A DNA stretch of 64,000 nt from a bacterium (GCA_021796435.1 JAJYXM010000016.1:54625-118624), one strand, 5' to 3'. Shown: positions 29,310 through 38,704, counted from the stretch's first letter. A program made the numbers and translations. The notes: generated by a model from the letters alone, not told the origin.

Positions 29310-30468
29310 GTAGGTTCAGCCGTCACCGCGAGATCTTGCCGAGAAGTGCCGCCCTCCCGCGTGCCGTGGTCCCCGTCCGGTGCCACGGGGGCGGCATCTC
29401 CAGTACCGCGGGCGAGAGGAGAGCCCGGCGCGGACCAAAGCGTCAGAGCCTGTGTTCGGGCCGTGACGGCGGGAGGGCGGCGCGAGACGGCGGGATCCCC
29501 AGGCATTGACCGTGTGGCTAATTCGCGCTCCAGAGGATTGCCTCCGAGAGGACTGCGACTTGCCTGGGGGTCGCGGCATCCCGCGTTCTTTTCGAAGAGG
29601 GGCACGCGCGCATCTGGAGCGTTGCCGAGCGGACGTGCAACGCGTTCGAGGAGCTTCGACGGCTCCCGGACATCGACCGCTTCGCGTTCGAGGAAGAGCA
29701 AGAACCCGGAGCGCTTGCCGCGGTTCGCCGCGAGCGCGGCGTCGTGCAGCGCACGGCCTCGGCGGTCCTGAGGCGCGATGGTCGCCACCCGCATGGCCTT
29801 GACCCCGAAGTCGCGGATGGGGCCTCCCTGATCTTTCCAGGCGAGGTAACCCGCGTACTTCTCGGCGAGGCGCTTCAACGACGTGGTTCCGCGATCGATC
29901 TCGATCAAGAGGCCGACAGGCCCTTCGCTCGTGTCTGCGACAACGTAGGCATCGGCTTGCAACGCGACGCGCTTGGGCCCGACCCCGGGCATTGCGGTCG
30001 CGACCGAGGTCCCGATCCGCTTGTCGTCGAACTCGACGCCGCGGAGCCGGATGTGCCCAGCTCTCGCGAGGGCAAGGATCGCAAGCCCAGTGTCGCCCAC
30101 CTCTGCGTCGTGTGCGCTCTTGCGGGTCGAAGCCACGCGCTTGGGCGCCGGGATGGGCTGGCCGGTTGCCATGGCGAGTGACCGCGCTCCGGCGCGGCCG
30201 AGCGAGATGCACGAGAGCTCTTGCGCGGTGACGTCGTCGAAGGCCCGCCTCTTGGCGAGGAGTCCCGCTTCGCACCAGGCGTCGACGAGCTCTTCGGTGA
30301 GTCCGCCCGGCGCGAACGCGCCGAGGAGCGAGCTTTCTGTCGCGAGTCGGACGAGCGCGAGCGAGGTGAGCACCTCACGCGCGAGGCACTCGCGTTCGGC
30401 CGGGACCCCGAGGGGACGGGCGGCGGCGAGGAGCGTAGGGACGTGTTGGGATATGGGCATACAAGGTG
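29297..30468 (-). CDS. Replication-relaxation family protein (Replic_Relax-like)
   Basis: Motif YVVADTSEGPVGLLIEIDRGTTSLKRLAEKYAGY resembles the Replic_Relax core (EVDRGTE). Start placed at MPISQHV, about 30466-30468. Confidence 0.55.
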
Positions 30469-30841
30469 TGGGTGATAGCGAGGGATGCGACGCGGGCGAG
30501 CGTCGGAGTAGGGGCGTAGAGTCCGAACTCGGGGTAGAGTTCTCGGGCGACCGGCGCGGGAATCGCGGTGCGCCGCCAGCGAAGCAGCGGAGTAGATGAA
30601 GACGCGGCGGAGCTGATGAGCGATCGACGGAGTATGCGGGAGGCAGCAACGATCGCCGTGGGCTTTTCGCGGAGCACGAGCTTCCGCAGCTCGTGGGGCA
30701 GGGATTCCTTGCTCACGTGAAGCATCCCTGTGCCCCGGATCTCCCAGGGGTCTGCGACGGCCCAAGAAAGGCTGTGCCTTCGCAGGCAGAGGGCGAGCAC
30801 GCGAGGCTCGCGGCGTGGGGGATGGCGGTATGGCATATGGT

Positions 30842-31348
30842 TCAGGTGTGGCGGGATCGATTGGCTTCTGCTTCGTGCTCGCGCAGGTGCGGCAGGCAGA
30901 GCGTCGTGAAGTATGCAGCGCGGGAGCGGCGGACATCCCGGGCGGGTAGGTCGAGGGCGCGCGTCAGGCAATCGCGGATGATGGGGCTCGGAACGATACG
31001 GGCGACGCGGCGGTAGAAGGCGAGGCTCTTCGCGTCGTCGAGCCGTTCGGCGAGGAACGAGGCGAAGTCCCGGTCTTCCTCTTCCCGCCCTTCCCCCCTG
31101 CACCCCCTTTCTCTCCCTTCTTCTTCACGAACGAACGAAACGTTCTCGTTATTCTCTTTCCGGGAAGCTCCTCCCTCCCTACCCTCCCTCCTCTTGTTCA
31201 CAACGTGTGGATGGGGACCCTGGAAGAGCAAACCCAGGAGTACAGGCTCCAGGTCGTCGAACTCGAGAATGGCTGCGAGCTCAGCGGCCTCGAACTCGCG
31301 GTGACGCGTGCCGAGTTCGAGCGTGATGCGCAAGGCGAAGTCGTTCAT
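30842..31348 (-). CDS. Hypothetical protein. The ORF spans a 120-bp homopurine tract and may not be a real gene over its full length.
   Basis: Only frame-length evidence. The central region is low-complexity Glu/Arg/Gly-rich. Confidence 0.3.
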   Translation of the reverse strand: MNDFALRITLELGTRHREFEAAELAAILEFDDLEPVLLGLLFQGPHPHVVNKRREGREGGASRKENNENVSFVREEEGRERGCRGEGREEEDRDFASFLAERLDDAKSLAFYRRVARIVPSPIIRDCLTRALDLPARDVRRSRAAYFTTLCLPHLREHEAEANRSRHT

Positions 31349-32046
31349 GGGCGTCGGGTTTCATCGCGCGTCGCGACAGCGAGCGCAGCGGCGGCGCCGA
31401 GCGCCGCTGGTTCCCAGTAGCGATCTGACTCGGAGCGCGTTCGTTCTCGCGAGACGTGCGCAGCGACGAACGGGTACCGGCGGGCAAGCTCGAGCCGGAC
31501 TGCGACCGCAGTCGTCGCGGAGAGCCCGAGTGTCGTCGCGATTTCCGCACGGCAGGTCTCGACCGGGACGAGATTACGGCGTGCAGCGGCCCGGCGCACC
31601 GCCTCCCTGAGTTCGGCAGGGCGGGACGAAGGATCGGGAATAGCGTCATCGAGCAGCGCAACCGCCACGGGGCAGAATCGCTCGAGGAAGCCAGCGGCCC
31701 AGTCGACGACTCGGGTATGGCTCGCGTCGCTTCCGCGGGCGATTCTTCGCGTCTTCAGCACCACGACCTCGCCCTTTGAAATGACGGCGCAACCGAGGTA
31801 GCGCGAAGTGGCGGCGAAGCCGAGGATGGGGCGCGAATCGTTGCGATTCGAAGGACGCCCGGACGTGTTTGACGTGGGTGGATGGGATGTCGTAAGGTGG
31901 CACCTCCTTTCGGTGAAGTTGTTCGGCAACGAGCGCACCTCCCACCGAAAGGATCGCCCGAAAGGGCGCCCGAGGCGGGACCGTTCATAGCGGCCCGCCT
32001 CTTCGGTTACATGCACTGGTCGCGAGGGAAAGATACAACCTCGCAC
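31345..32046 (-). CDS. Hypothetical protein. True start probably internal.
   Basis: Coherent C-terminal 130 aa (ILGFAATSRYLGCAVISKGEVVVLK...VVDWAAGFLERFCPVAVALLDD). Confidence 0.4.
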   Translation of the reverse strand: MRGCIFPSRPVHVTEEAGRYERSRLGRPFGRSFRWEVRSLPNNFTERRCHLTTSHPPTSNTSGRPSNRNDSRPILGFAATSRYLGCAVISKGEVVVLKTRRIARGSDASHTRVVDWAAGFLERFCPVAVALLDDAIPDPSSRPAELREAVRRAAARRNLVPVETCRAEIATTLGLSATTAVAVRLELARRYPFVAAHVSRERTRSESDRYWEPAALGAAAALAVATRDETRRP

Positions 32047-32304
32047 AATTCAAAACAGGGGGACAACTGGCCCCCTATGTGGATATCTCGACTTGTGCAC
32101 ATACGGGGCTATCTGTCCCCCTGCGAGCGGCATGGTCCTCGGATATCGTTTCCCGTGTATGAATAACACCCACGCCATGCCTTCAGGATCCGGGGCTTTC
32201 CCGATCCGGGTAACAAATGCTACGTTCCATAACGTGCTCTGCGCGGCAGCCTCGACGGGAGATGAATCCCGAGCTGCCGTGCCCGCTCTCGCCCCTTACA
32301 ACCT

Positions 32305-32574
32305 ATGACCGAATCAACAACAACGCAGTTGAGGGAGAGAGACGCTCAGGCTGCGCCGGCACTTCCGACCGACCTCATCTCTGCAGGAGAAGTGGCAATC
32401 AAGCTCGGCGTCGCGAAGAGCGCCGTGTACGAATGGATCGCTCGTCGCGATATCGCATACCACCGGGTGGGTCGCCTCATCCGGATCCGCGAGGCCGACG
32501 TCGCAGCCTTCCTGAACCGCAACCGCGTGGAGTACAACCCGCGCCGCCGCTATGTCCGCTATCCGGAGGCATGA
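32305..32574 (+). CDS. xis: Excisionase/AlpA-family helix-turn-helix DNA-binding protein
   Basis: Motif ISAGEVAIKLGVAKSAVYEWIARRDIAYHRVGRLIRIREADVAAFL matches the excisionase HTH family. It lies immediately upstream of the integrase and overlaps it. Confidence 0.7.
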   Translation: MTESTTTQLRERDAQAAPALPTDLISAGEVAIKLGVAKSAVYEWIARRDIAYHRVGRLIRIREADVAAFLNRNRVEYNPRRRYVRYPEA

Positions 32575-33667
32575 TCGCTCAGACGAGTGGTGGGTGGACT
32601 TCCGCTTCCAGGGCCAGCGCATCCGCAAGCGTTCTCCGGTCCAGACCAGGCGCGGAGCAGAGCAGTACGAACGCTGTCTGCGAAACGACCTCGTCGCCGA
32701 CGTCGAGGCTGGGCGCGACCCTTTCGCAGGACCGCCACCGACCTTCGCGGAATTCGCGGAGCGGTGGATGCGGGAGTACGTCGAGACGCGGAACAGGCCT
32801 TCCGGTCAACTGGAAAAGCGGAGCCGCCTGAACAACCACATCCTCCCGGCGTTCGGAGCGAGACGCATTGACGAAATCGACCAAGCCTCGATCGACAGCT
32901 TCATCGCGGCAAAGCGCAGGGCGGGCCTCGCGCCCAAGACGGTAAACAACATCCTGACCGTGCTGCGCTGTGCGCTGTCGTCGGCTCACGAATGGGGGAT
33001 CCTCAGAAGCGTTCCGCGCGTCCACTGGCTCGTCGTTCCGGAACGACCCTACGCGTTTCTGGGCGTGCCGGAACTTGAGCAGCTCATCTCCGCAACGCGG
33101 CCGGGTTATTGGCGGGTGTTGATCACGACGATCGCCGGGACGGGCATGCGGTTCGGTGAGGCGGCGGCGCTCCGATGGTCCGACGTCGATCTTGACGGGG
33201 AAGCGCCTGCCGTGACTATCGGGCGATCGCTCATGTGCACCGGCGAAATCGGTCCAACCAAGACGGGCAGACTTCGCCGGGTTCCCCTCCCTGCCCGAAC
33301 ATGCGATGCGCTCCGTACCCTTCCGCAGCATTGCGAGCTCGTGTTCGGGAGGCCCGACGGTCGACCACCACGGCCACAGAACTGCCTGCGCCTCCTCCAC
33401 CGAATCTGCGCGAGGGCGGGCGTCAAGCGTGTCGGGTGGCATGCGCTACGACACTCTTACGCGACGCTGCTCTGCCAGCGTGGCGTTCCGCTTCGGAACG
33501 TCCAGGCTCTGTTGGGCCACACCACGATCATGATGACGAGTCGATATGCTCACGCCAGCGACCAAGACCTGGCGCAGTGGGTTCGTCGGGCAATGACTCC
33601 CGACGCTCCAGGCGCAGATGGTCACCAAGTGGACACCAACGAGCTCGATGCCGGGGACGAGACATGA
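32552..33667 (+). CDS. int: Site-specific tyrosine integrase
   Basis: Catalytic residues present: R...HALRHSYATLL...LGHTTIMMTSRYAH (R-H-R-Y). It lies next to tRNA-Ala. Confidence 0.85.
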   Translation: MSAIRRHDRSDEWWVDFRFQGQRIRKRSPVQTRRGAEQYERCLRNDLVADVEAGRDPFAGPPPTFAEFAERWMREYVETRNRPSGQLEKRSRLNNHILPAFGARRIDEIDQASIDSFIAAKRRAGLAPKTVNNILTVLRCALSSAHEWGILRSVPRVHWLVVPERPYAFLGVPELEQLISATRPGYWRVLITTIAGTGMRFGEAAALRWSDVDLDGEAPAVTIGRSLMCTGEIGPTKTGRLRRVPLPARTCDALRTLPQHCELVFGRPDGRPPRPQNCLRLLHRICARAGVKRVGWHALRHSYATLLCQRGVPLRNVQALLGHTTIMMTSRYAHASDQDLAQWVRRAMTPDAPGADGHQVDTNELDAGDET

Positions 33668-33727
33668 AGCCGTGGCGGTCGCGGCTGACAACATAGCGAA
33701 AAATCCGGCGCATGCCGGATTTCTTCA

Positions 33728-33804
33728 TGGTGGACCTTAAGGGATTTGAACCCTTGACCTCTTCCATGCCATGGAAGCGCTCTAGCCAACTGAGCTAAAG
33801 GCCC
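33728..33804 (-). tRNA. tRNA-Ala (anticodon GGC)
   Basis: 77-nt cloverleaf GGGCCTTTAGCTCAGTTGGCTAGAGCGCTTCCATGGCATGGAAGAGGTCAAGGGTTCAAATCCCTTAAGGTCCACCA. G3:U70 Ala identity pair. T-loop TTCAAAT. Encoded CCA. Confidence 0.9.
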
Positions 33805-34026
33805 TTGATATTTAGTTTTCCATACAACTATCAGCCGACCTCCCCGATGTCAATCGGGACACTTTAGCCAACTGAGCTTCCGCCAGAGGTGGATCAGCCT
33901 GTGGCTGAAAAGGCTCTGGTTATGTGGCAGTAGATTGCCACAATAAAATAGGACCGTCAATGACGTAGATTGGGGGTGGGTGCCGTTGACGCTAAGTGCT
34001 GCAACAGGTAGTCTTGATGCACTCAT

Positions 34027-35121
34027 ATGCCTCTACAAATCGGTATCGTCGGTCTCCCCAACGTGGGCAAATCGACGCTTTTCCAGGCCATCACAAAGAA
34101 GGCCGTGGATTGCGCGAATTTCCCTTTTTGCACCATCGATCCGAACGTGGGTGTGGTCGAAGTGCCGGATGAGAGGCTTGAACCATTGGCCAAGATGTCC
34201 AAGTCGGGCCGTATCGTGCCGACAGTAATCGAGTTCGTGGATATCGCCGGGTTGGTGAAGGGCGCTTCGGAAGGACAAGGGTTGGGGAATAAATTCTTGG
34301 CCAATATACGCGAGTGCGACGCTATCGCGCAGGTTCTGCGGGTTTTTGATGATGAGAACGTGATCCACGTGGATGGGACGATAAATCCGGAGAGGGATGC
34401 GGAGACGATCGGCATCGAATTGGCCTTGGCTGACCTGGAGACCGTATCAAAAAGGACGGAGAGCGTAGCCAAGCAGATGAAGGCGGGGAAGACGAAGGAG
34501 CTTGAGGCGCTGCAGACGGCTTTGGCGAAAGCCAAAGAAGAGCTCGAGAAGGGGACGCAGCTGCGGGACATGGATTGGACCGAAGATGAATCGAAGGAAC
34601 TCAAACAGTTACAGCTCCTGACGTTGAAGCCTATGCTGTATGTGGTGAACGTAAGCGAATCGCAGTTGCAGGATGGGACGTGGAAAGAGCGGATGGGCAG
34701 GTTGGCGGAGACGTCCAGCTGCCGCATCATACCGGTCTGCGTAAAGATGGAGGCGGAATTGGCCTCCATGAACGATGAAGAGAAAAAAGAATATCTCGAA
34801 TCCATGGGTCAGACGGAATCCGGCCTGGATCGCGTCATAAAAGAGGCGTATGACGTGCTGGGACTGATAACTTTCTTGACGACCGGCGAAATGGAGACGC
34901 GTGCTTGGACGGTGCGCAAAGGCGCTAAAGCCCCGCAAGCTGCCGGAGTCATACATACGGACTTCGAGAAAACATTCATTCGCGCCGAGATAACGAACTG
35001 GAAGGACCTGTTGGAGAACGGGGGAGAGGTCGGTTGCCGCGAGAAAGGCCTGACGCGCATCGAAGGCAAGGATTATGTGATGCAGGACGGGGATACGTGT
35101 TTCTTCAGGGTTGGAGCTTAG
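34027..35121 (+). CDS. ychF: Ribosome-binding ATPase YchF/Ola1
   Basis: G1 motif GIVGLPNVGKSTLF. TGS C-terminal domain. 364 aa. Confidence 0.9.
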   Translation: MPLQIGIVGLPNVGKSTLFQAITKKAVDCANFPFCTIDPNVGVVEVPDERLEPLAKMSKSGRIVPTVIEFVDIAGLVKGASEGQGLGNKFLANIRECDAIAQVLRVFDDENVIHVDGTINPERDAETIGIELALADLETVSKRTESVAKQMKAGKTKELEALQTALAKAKEELEKGTQLRDMDWTEDESKELKQLQLLTLKPMLYVVNVSESQLQDGTWKERMGRLAETSSCRIIPVCVKMEAELASMNDEEKKEYLESMGQTESGLDRVIKEAYDVLGLITFLTTGEMETRAWTVRKGAKAPQAAGVIHTDFEKTFIRAEITNWKDLLENGGEVGCREKGLTRIEGKDYVMQDGDTCFFRVGA

Positions 35122-35126
35122 AGGGA

Positions 35127-35284
35127 GGTTTTGTTTTTAGCGCATAACTTTGCCTGCCTTGTCGGCAGACAGGTCGAAACCTGCGTTTGTCGCTCGTCGC
35201 CTGCCTGCCGGCAGGCAGGTACGTTCCAGTATGCCTCGCGATGAGCCTCGGTTTCTTCGCGTTCTGCATTTAAAAACAAAACCT
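35127..35284. repeat. 158-bp structured element bounded by 14-bp terminal inverted repeats (AGGTTTTGTTTTTA and TAAAAACAAAACCT). It holds internal GC palindromes and a downstream T-run. MITE-like or compound terminator.
   Basis: Perfect terminal inverted repeats seen directly. Internal 20-bp palindrome CCTGCCTGCCGGCAGGCAGG. Confidence 0.5.
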
Positions 35285-35323
35285 CTTTTTTTTATGCTTC
35301 ATCCAATCTGCTGGCTTGTTTTC

Positions 35324-35351
35324 GTCATTCCCGCGCAGGCGGGAATCCAGG
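35324..35351. repeat. Hairpin repeat GTCATTCCCGCGCAGGCGGGAATCCAGG. An identical copy lies at 60121-60148.
   Basis: 28-bp exact match between the two loci. Palindromic stem TTCCCGC / GCGGGAA. Confidence 0.7.
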
Positions 35352-35389
35352 AGTCGGCGGATTCGCCTTTTGCGCTATAATGCCTAGGT

Positions 35390-36265
35390 ATGACACAAAA
35401 AGTTCGAAAAGCGATCATCCCTGTAGCTGGATTCGGGACAAGGTTCTTGCCGACGACCAAGGCGAGCCCGAAGGAAATGCTGCCGATAATCGATAAACCA
35501 GTCATCCAATATGTGGTCGAGGAGGCTGTCGCTTCCGGGATCACGGATATCATCATCGTCACGAACCAATCCAAGAGGGCGGTTGAGGACCATTTCGACG
35601 ATAATCCTAACTTGGAAGCTTGGCTCAAGAAAACCGGGAAAATCAAGCAACTGGAAGAGGTGCGCGAGATAGGGAGATTGGCGAACTTCATCTATGTCAG
35701 GCAGAAGGGGCCTTATGGAACGGCGACTCCGGTCATGAACGCCAAAAGCCTGATCGGCGACGAACCTTTCGCGGTGCTGTGGGGAGATGAGTTTTTCGTA
35801 GGGAAGAAACCAAGGTTAAAACAGCTGATCGAGATTTACGAAAAATACGGTGATCCCGTCTTGTGCTCGATCCCGGTGGATGACGAGGGGACGAAAAAAT
35901 ATGGCATCATCGATCCGGCTGCGGAGGTCGAGCGGAACGTATATCAGCTGAAGAACGTGATAGAAAAGCCCGGTCCGACGAAGGCGCCTTCGCGTTTGGG
36001 TTCGGTGGGAGGATATATCCTGACGCCGGACATTTTCGAGGATATCGCCAAACTGAAGCGAGGTCATGGCGGGGAGCTGATATTGTTGGATGCGATACAC
36101 GCATTGATGAAGAAACGTCCGATATACGCCAAGCGCATCGAAGGGACGTATTATGACACCGGTTCCAAGATCGGTTGGTTGCGCGCCAACCTGGAATTGG
36201 CCTTAAGCCGGCCAGATTTGGCCAAGGAAACCAAGGCACTCGTTAAAAAGCTCACGACAAGGTAA
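35390..36265 (+). CDS. galU: UTP--glucose-1-phosphate uridylyltransferase GalU
   Basis: Motif KAIIPVAGFGTRFLPTTKASPKEMLPIIDKP. Confidence 0.9.
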   Translation: MTQKVRKAIIPVAGFGTRFLPTTKASPKEMLPIIDKPVIQYVVEEAVASGITDIIIVTNQSKRAVEDHFDDNPNLEAWLKKTGKIKQLEEVREIGRLANFIYVRQKGPYGTATPVMNAKSLIGDEPFAVLWGDEFFVGKKPRLKQLIEIYEKYGDPVLCSIPVDDEGTKKYGIIDPAAEVERNVYQLKNVIEKPGPTKAPSRLGSVGGYILTPDIFEDIAKLKRGHGGELILLDAIHALMKKRPIYAKRIEGTYYDTGSKIGWLRANLELALSRPDLAKETKALVKKLTTR

Positions 36266-36271
36266 AATACA

Positions 36272-37726
36272 GTGGCTATGTTTTTCGACAGCAGAAACAG
36301 ACTTTCAATTTTCAAACGTATTTTTGCCGTACTGGCCATACTCTCCATCGCCGGCGCGGGTTGCACGAAAGGGCCGGATGCCGCCACGGTAGCGGCTTCG
36401 AAGAAGACGACGCTCACCATCTGGGGAGTGGTGGACGATATAGACGTCTATCAGAAGATCCTGAACGACTATCATGTACTGCACCCGTTCGTCGATCTGC
36501 AGTTCCGGAGATTCAGGCTGGAGGAGTATGAGAACGAATTGTTGAACGCGATGGCGGAAGACCGCGGTCCGGACGTGTTCCTGATCCACAACACCTGGGT
36601 CGGCAAATATATGCCGAAGATCCAGGTCATGCCGTTGACGACCAAAGTCGCGGTGCAGGTAGTGCAGGGGACGCTCAAGAAAGAGCTGGTCTATCAGTTG
36701 AATACGGAACAATCCGTGACGATCAAGCAATTCAAGACGGATTATCCGGATGTCGTGGCGCAGGACATGATACGCACGGTCAACGTGTCGACTGTAGCCG
36801 ACAAGAAGGACCTGCAGCAGCGCGTCGTCGCCATACCTTTGTCCGTCGACACCTTGGCTCTCTATGCGAACAAGGATCTTTTGAATGCAGCCGGTATCGC
36901 GACGATTCCGCAGAATTGGGATGATTTCCAGGCGGCGGTCAAGAAACTGGTCAAATTTGATGAGAACGGAGAAATCACCCAGGCGGGTGCGGCCATCGGA
37001 ACAGGGGTGAACGTAGAACGTGCGCCAGATATCCTCGCTGCGCTCATGATGCAGAACGGCACGGAGATGAGCGGGCCTGACGGTACGCCTACATTCGGCC
37101 AGATTCCGGCAGCCTTGAGCGGACAGCGTGAACAACCCCCGGCTTATCAGGCGTTATCCTTCTATACCGATTTCGCTGATCCGACGAAAGAAGTCTATAC
37201 GTGGAACGCCAAGATGCCGAATTCTTTGGACGCTTTTGTGCAGGGCAAGACAGCGTTCTTCTTCGGCTATTCCTATCACCTGCCCACCATCAGGGCATTG
37301 GCGCCTAAGTTGAATCTCGGCATATCGACGTTGCCGCAGATCCAGAACAATCCTGTCGTGAACTTCGCCAACTATTGGGCTTGGACCGTCTCCAAGAAGA
37401 GCAAGAATACGGATTTGGCCTGGAACTTCATCAACTTCATGCGGACGCCGGACGAGTCCAAACTGTTCTTGGACGCTGCCAAACGTCCGGCAGCATTGCG
37501 TTCGCAGCTGGGAACGCAACTTGAGGATGAGGATGTGGGCGTATTCGCTTCGCAGGTCCTGACCGCCAAGTCATGGTATCGAGGGAATGACCCGAAGGCA
37601 GCGGATGATGCGTTGGTCGAACTCATCGATACGGCTATCGGTTTGGATCCGGAGAAATATCCTCAGGCGGTCAATATAGCGGTAGATAAGATTTCCCAGA
37701 CGATTCCCTACGGCGGCATCCAGTAG
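36272..37726 (+). CDS. ABC transporter substrate-binding lipoprotein (family 1, sugar-type). No cognate permease or ATPase in the window.
   Basis: Lipobox LSIAGAGC. SBP_bac_1-like length and composition. Confidence 0.75.
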   Translation: MAMFFDSRNRLSIFKRIFAVLAILSIAGAGCTKGPDAATVAASKKTTLTIWGVVDDIDVYQKILNDYHVLHPFVDLQFRRFRLEEYENELLNAMAEDRGPDVFLIHNTWVGKYMPKIQVMPLTTKVAVQVVQGTLKKELVYQLNTEQSVTIKQFKTDYPDVVAQDMIRTVNVSTVADKKDLQQRVVAIPLSVDTLALYANKDLLNAAGIATIPQNWDDFQAAVKKLVKFDENGEITQAGAAIGTGVNVERAPDILAALMMQNGTEMSGPDGTPTFGQIPAALSGQREQPPAYQALSFYTDFADPTKEVYTWNAKMPNSLDAFVQGKTAFFFGYSYHLPTIRALAPKLNLGISTLPQIQNNPVVNFANYWAWTVSKKSKNTDLAWNFINFMRTPDESKLFLDAAKRPAALRSQLGTQLEDEDVGVFASQVLTAKSWYRGNDPKAADDALVELIDTAIGLDPEKYPQAVNIAVDKISQTIPYGGIQ

Positions 37727-37739
37727 AGATCCATAGACT

Positions 37740-38117
37740 ATGAAATATCCGAAGCAATTGAATTGGCTACTGGCGCTCGGCGCGGCGCTCTTACCCGTGG
37801 CCGCGAATGCGCAGTCGTATTACCAGGAGACTTTGCGCGTAGGAGTGAAACCGTCTTGTTGGTCGGACGGTAACTGTAGCTTGGATGATATAGTCCTGGC
37901 GGGCTCCGCTTTCGCGAATATCCTGATAGAGCTTTCGGCAGCGTTGTTCTTCGCGACCTTCATCTACGGCGGAGCGATGTACATCTTCTCTTTCGGAAAA
38001 TCCGACTGGGTGAAGAAAGGCACGGATGCGATGAAAGGCGGAGCGATCGGCATGCTCATAGTATTGTCGGCTTGGACGATAGTCAGATATCTGGCGACAG
38101 CCATTAAGGGATCATGA
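37740..38117 (+). CDS. Secreted T4SS-pilin-like (TrbC/VirB2-like) small protein, paralog 1 of 6
   Basis: Signal peptide with AxA site, then two hydrophobic helices and the conserved core F(I/V)YGG..Y(M/I)..G....VKK. Confidence 0.6.
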   Translation: MKYPKQLNWLLALGAALLPVAANAQSYYQETLRVGVKPSCWSDGNCSLDDIVLAGSAFANILIELSAALFFATFIYGGAMYIFSFGKSDWVKKGTDAMKGGAIGMLIVLSAWTIVRYLATAIKGS

Positions 38118-38704
38118 ATATGAGGCTAAACTGCAAAAAGAGGGTGTTTTTTTCAGGCGCGATGGCGTTGTCCCTTTCGTTCATCTTGGCGTCCCAGGCC
38201 TTGGCCATGACTTCGGGCGAATGTACCAACCAGACGAATAAAGGCACATGTAAAAATTATTGCGAATCGACGGAAACGCAGATAGGTGATTGCTCGGACA
38301 ATTCCATCGCGACGGTGTGCTGCAGCAACGCGCCAGCGCAACAGGCCGCGACCACTCCGCCAGCGAGTGCGCCGAGCCAAGGCGGATCATCGATGACCCT
38401 GGCGGATCCTTTGCATGGCATAGGCCTATATGGGATCCTGAATCGCGTCATCATCGCGTTCTTGGGGATCATCGGAGCGGTCGCGCTGCTCGTCTTCGTC
38501 TATGCAGGCGTGGTCTATATGACGGCGGGTTCGAGCGATCGCGTAAAAAAGGCCATGGATGCCATGAAGTATGCGATACTAGGGCTGATCATAATCATGA
38601 TGGCATACATAATCACGAATTTCTATTTCAAGGCACTCACGACCGAACCGGTATCTTCGACGCAGGCGCCACAGGCTCAAGTGACGCTGCCCCAAACTCC
38701 GTAA
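38114..38704 (+). CDS. T4SS-pilin-like protein, paralog 2, with an 8-Cys knottin-like insert
   Basis: Core YAGVVYMTAGSSDRVKKAMDAMKYAILGLIIIMMAYIITNF. Insert CTNQTNKGTCKNYCESTETQIGDCSDNSIATVCC. Confidence 0.6.
   Translation: MNMRLNCKKRVFFSGAMALSLSFILASQALAMTSGECTNQTNKGTCKNYCESTETQIGDCSDNSIATVCCSNAPAQQAATTPPASAPSQGGSSMTLADPLHGIGLYGILNRVIIAFLGIIGAVALLVFVYAGVVYMTAGSSDRVKKAMDAMKYAILGLIIIMMAYIITNFYFKALTTEPVSSTQAPQAQVTLPQTP

Larger units (their letters stand above)
24188..33804. mobile_element. Phage/ICE-like integrated element at tRNA-Ala. Contents: xis, int, replication-relaxation protein, HerA-like ATPase, RadC, RecT-like annealase, Cas4-like exonuclease, DUF932-like protein.
   Basis: The integrase abuts the tRNA 3' end. 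Genes form a unidirectional block ending in a terminator. The left boundary (attL repeat) was not located by eye. Confidence 0.55.

Noticed and set aside
29316-30936. Overlapping minus-strand ORFs 29316-30275 and 29905-30936
   Set aside because: Alternative frames of the replication-relaxation gene. Arg/Pro-rich.
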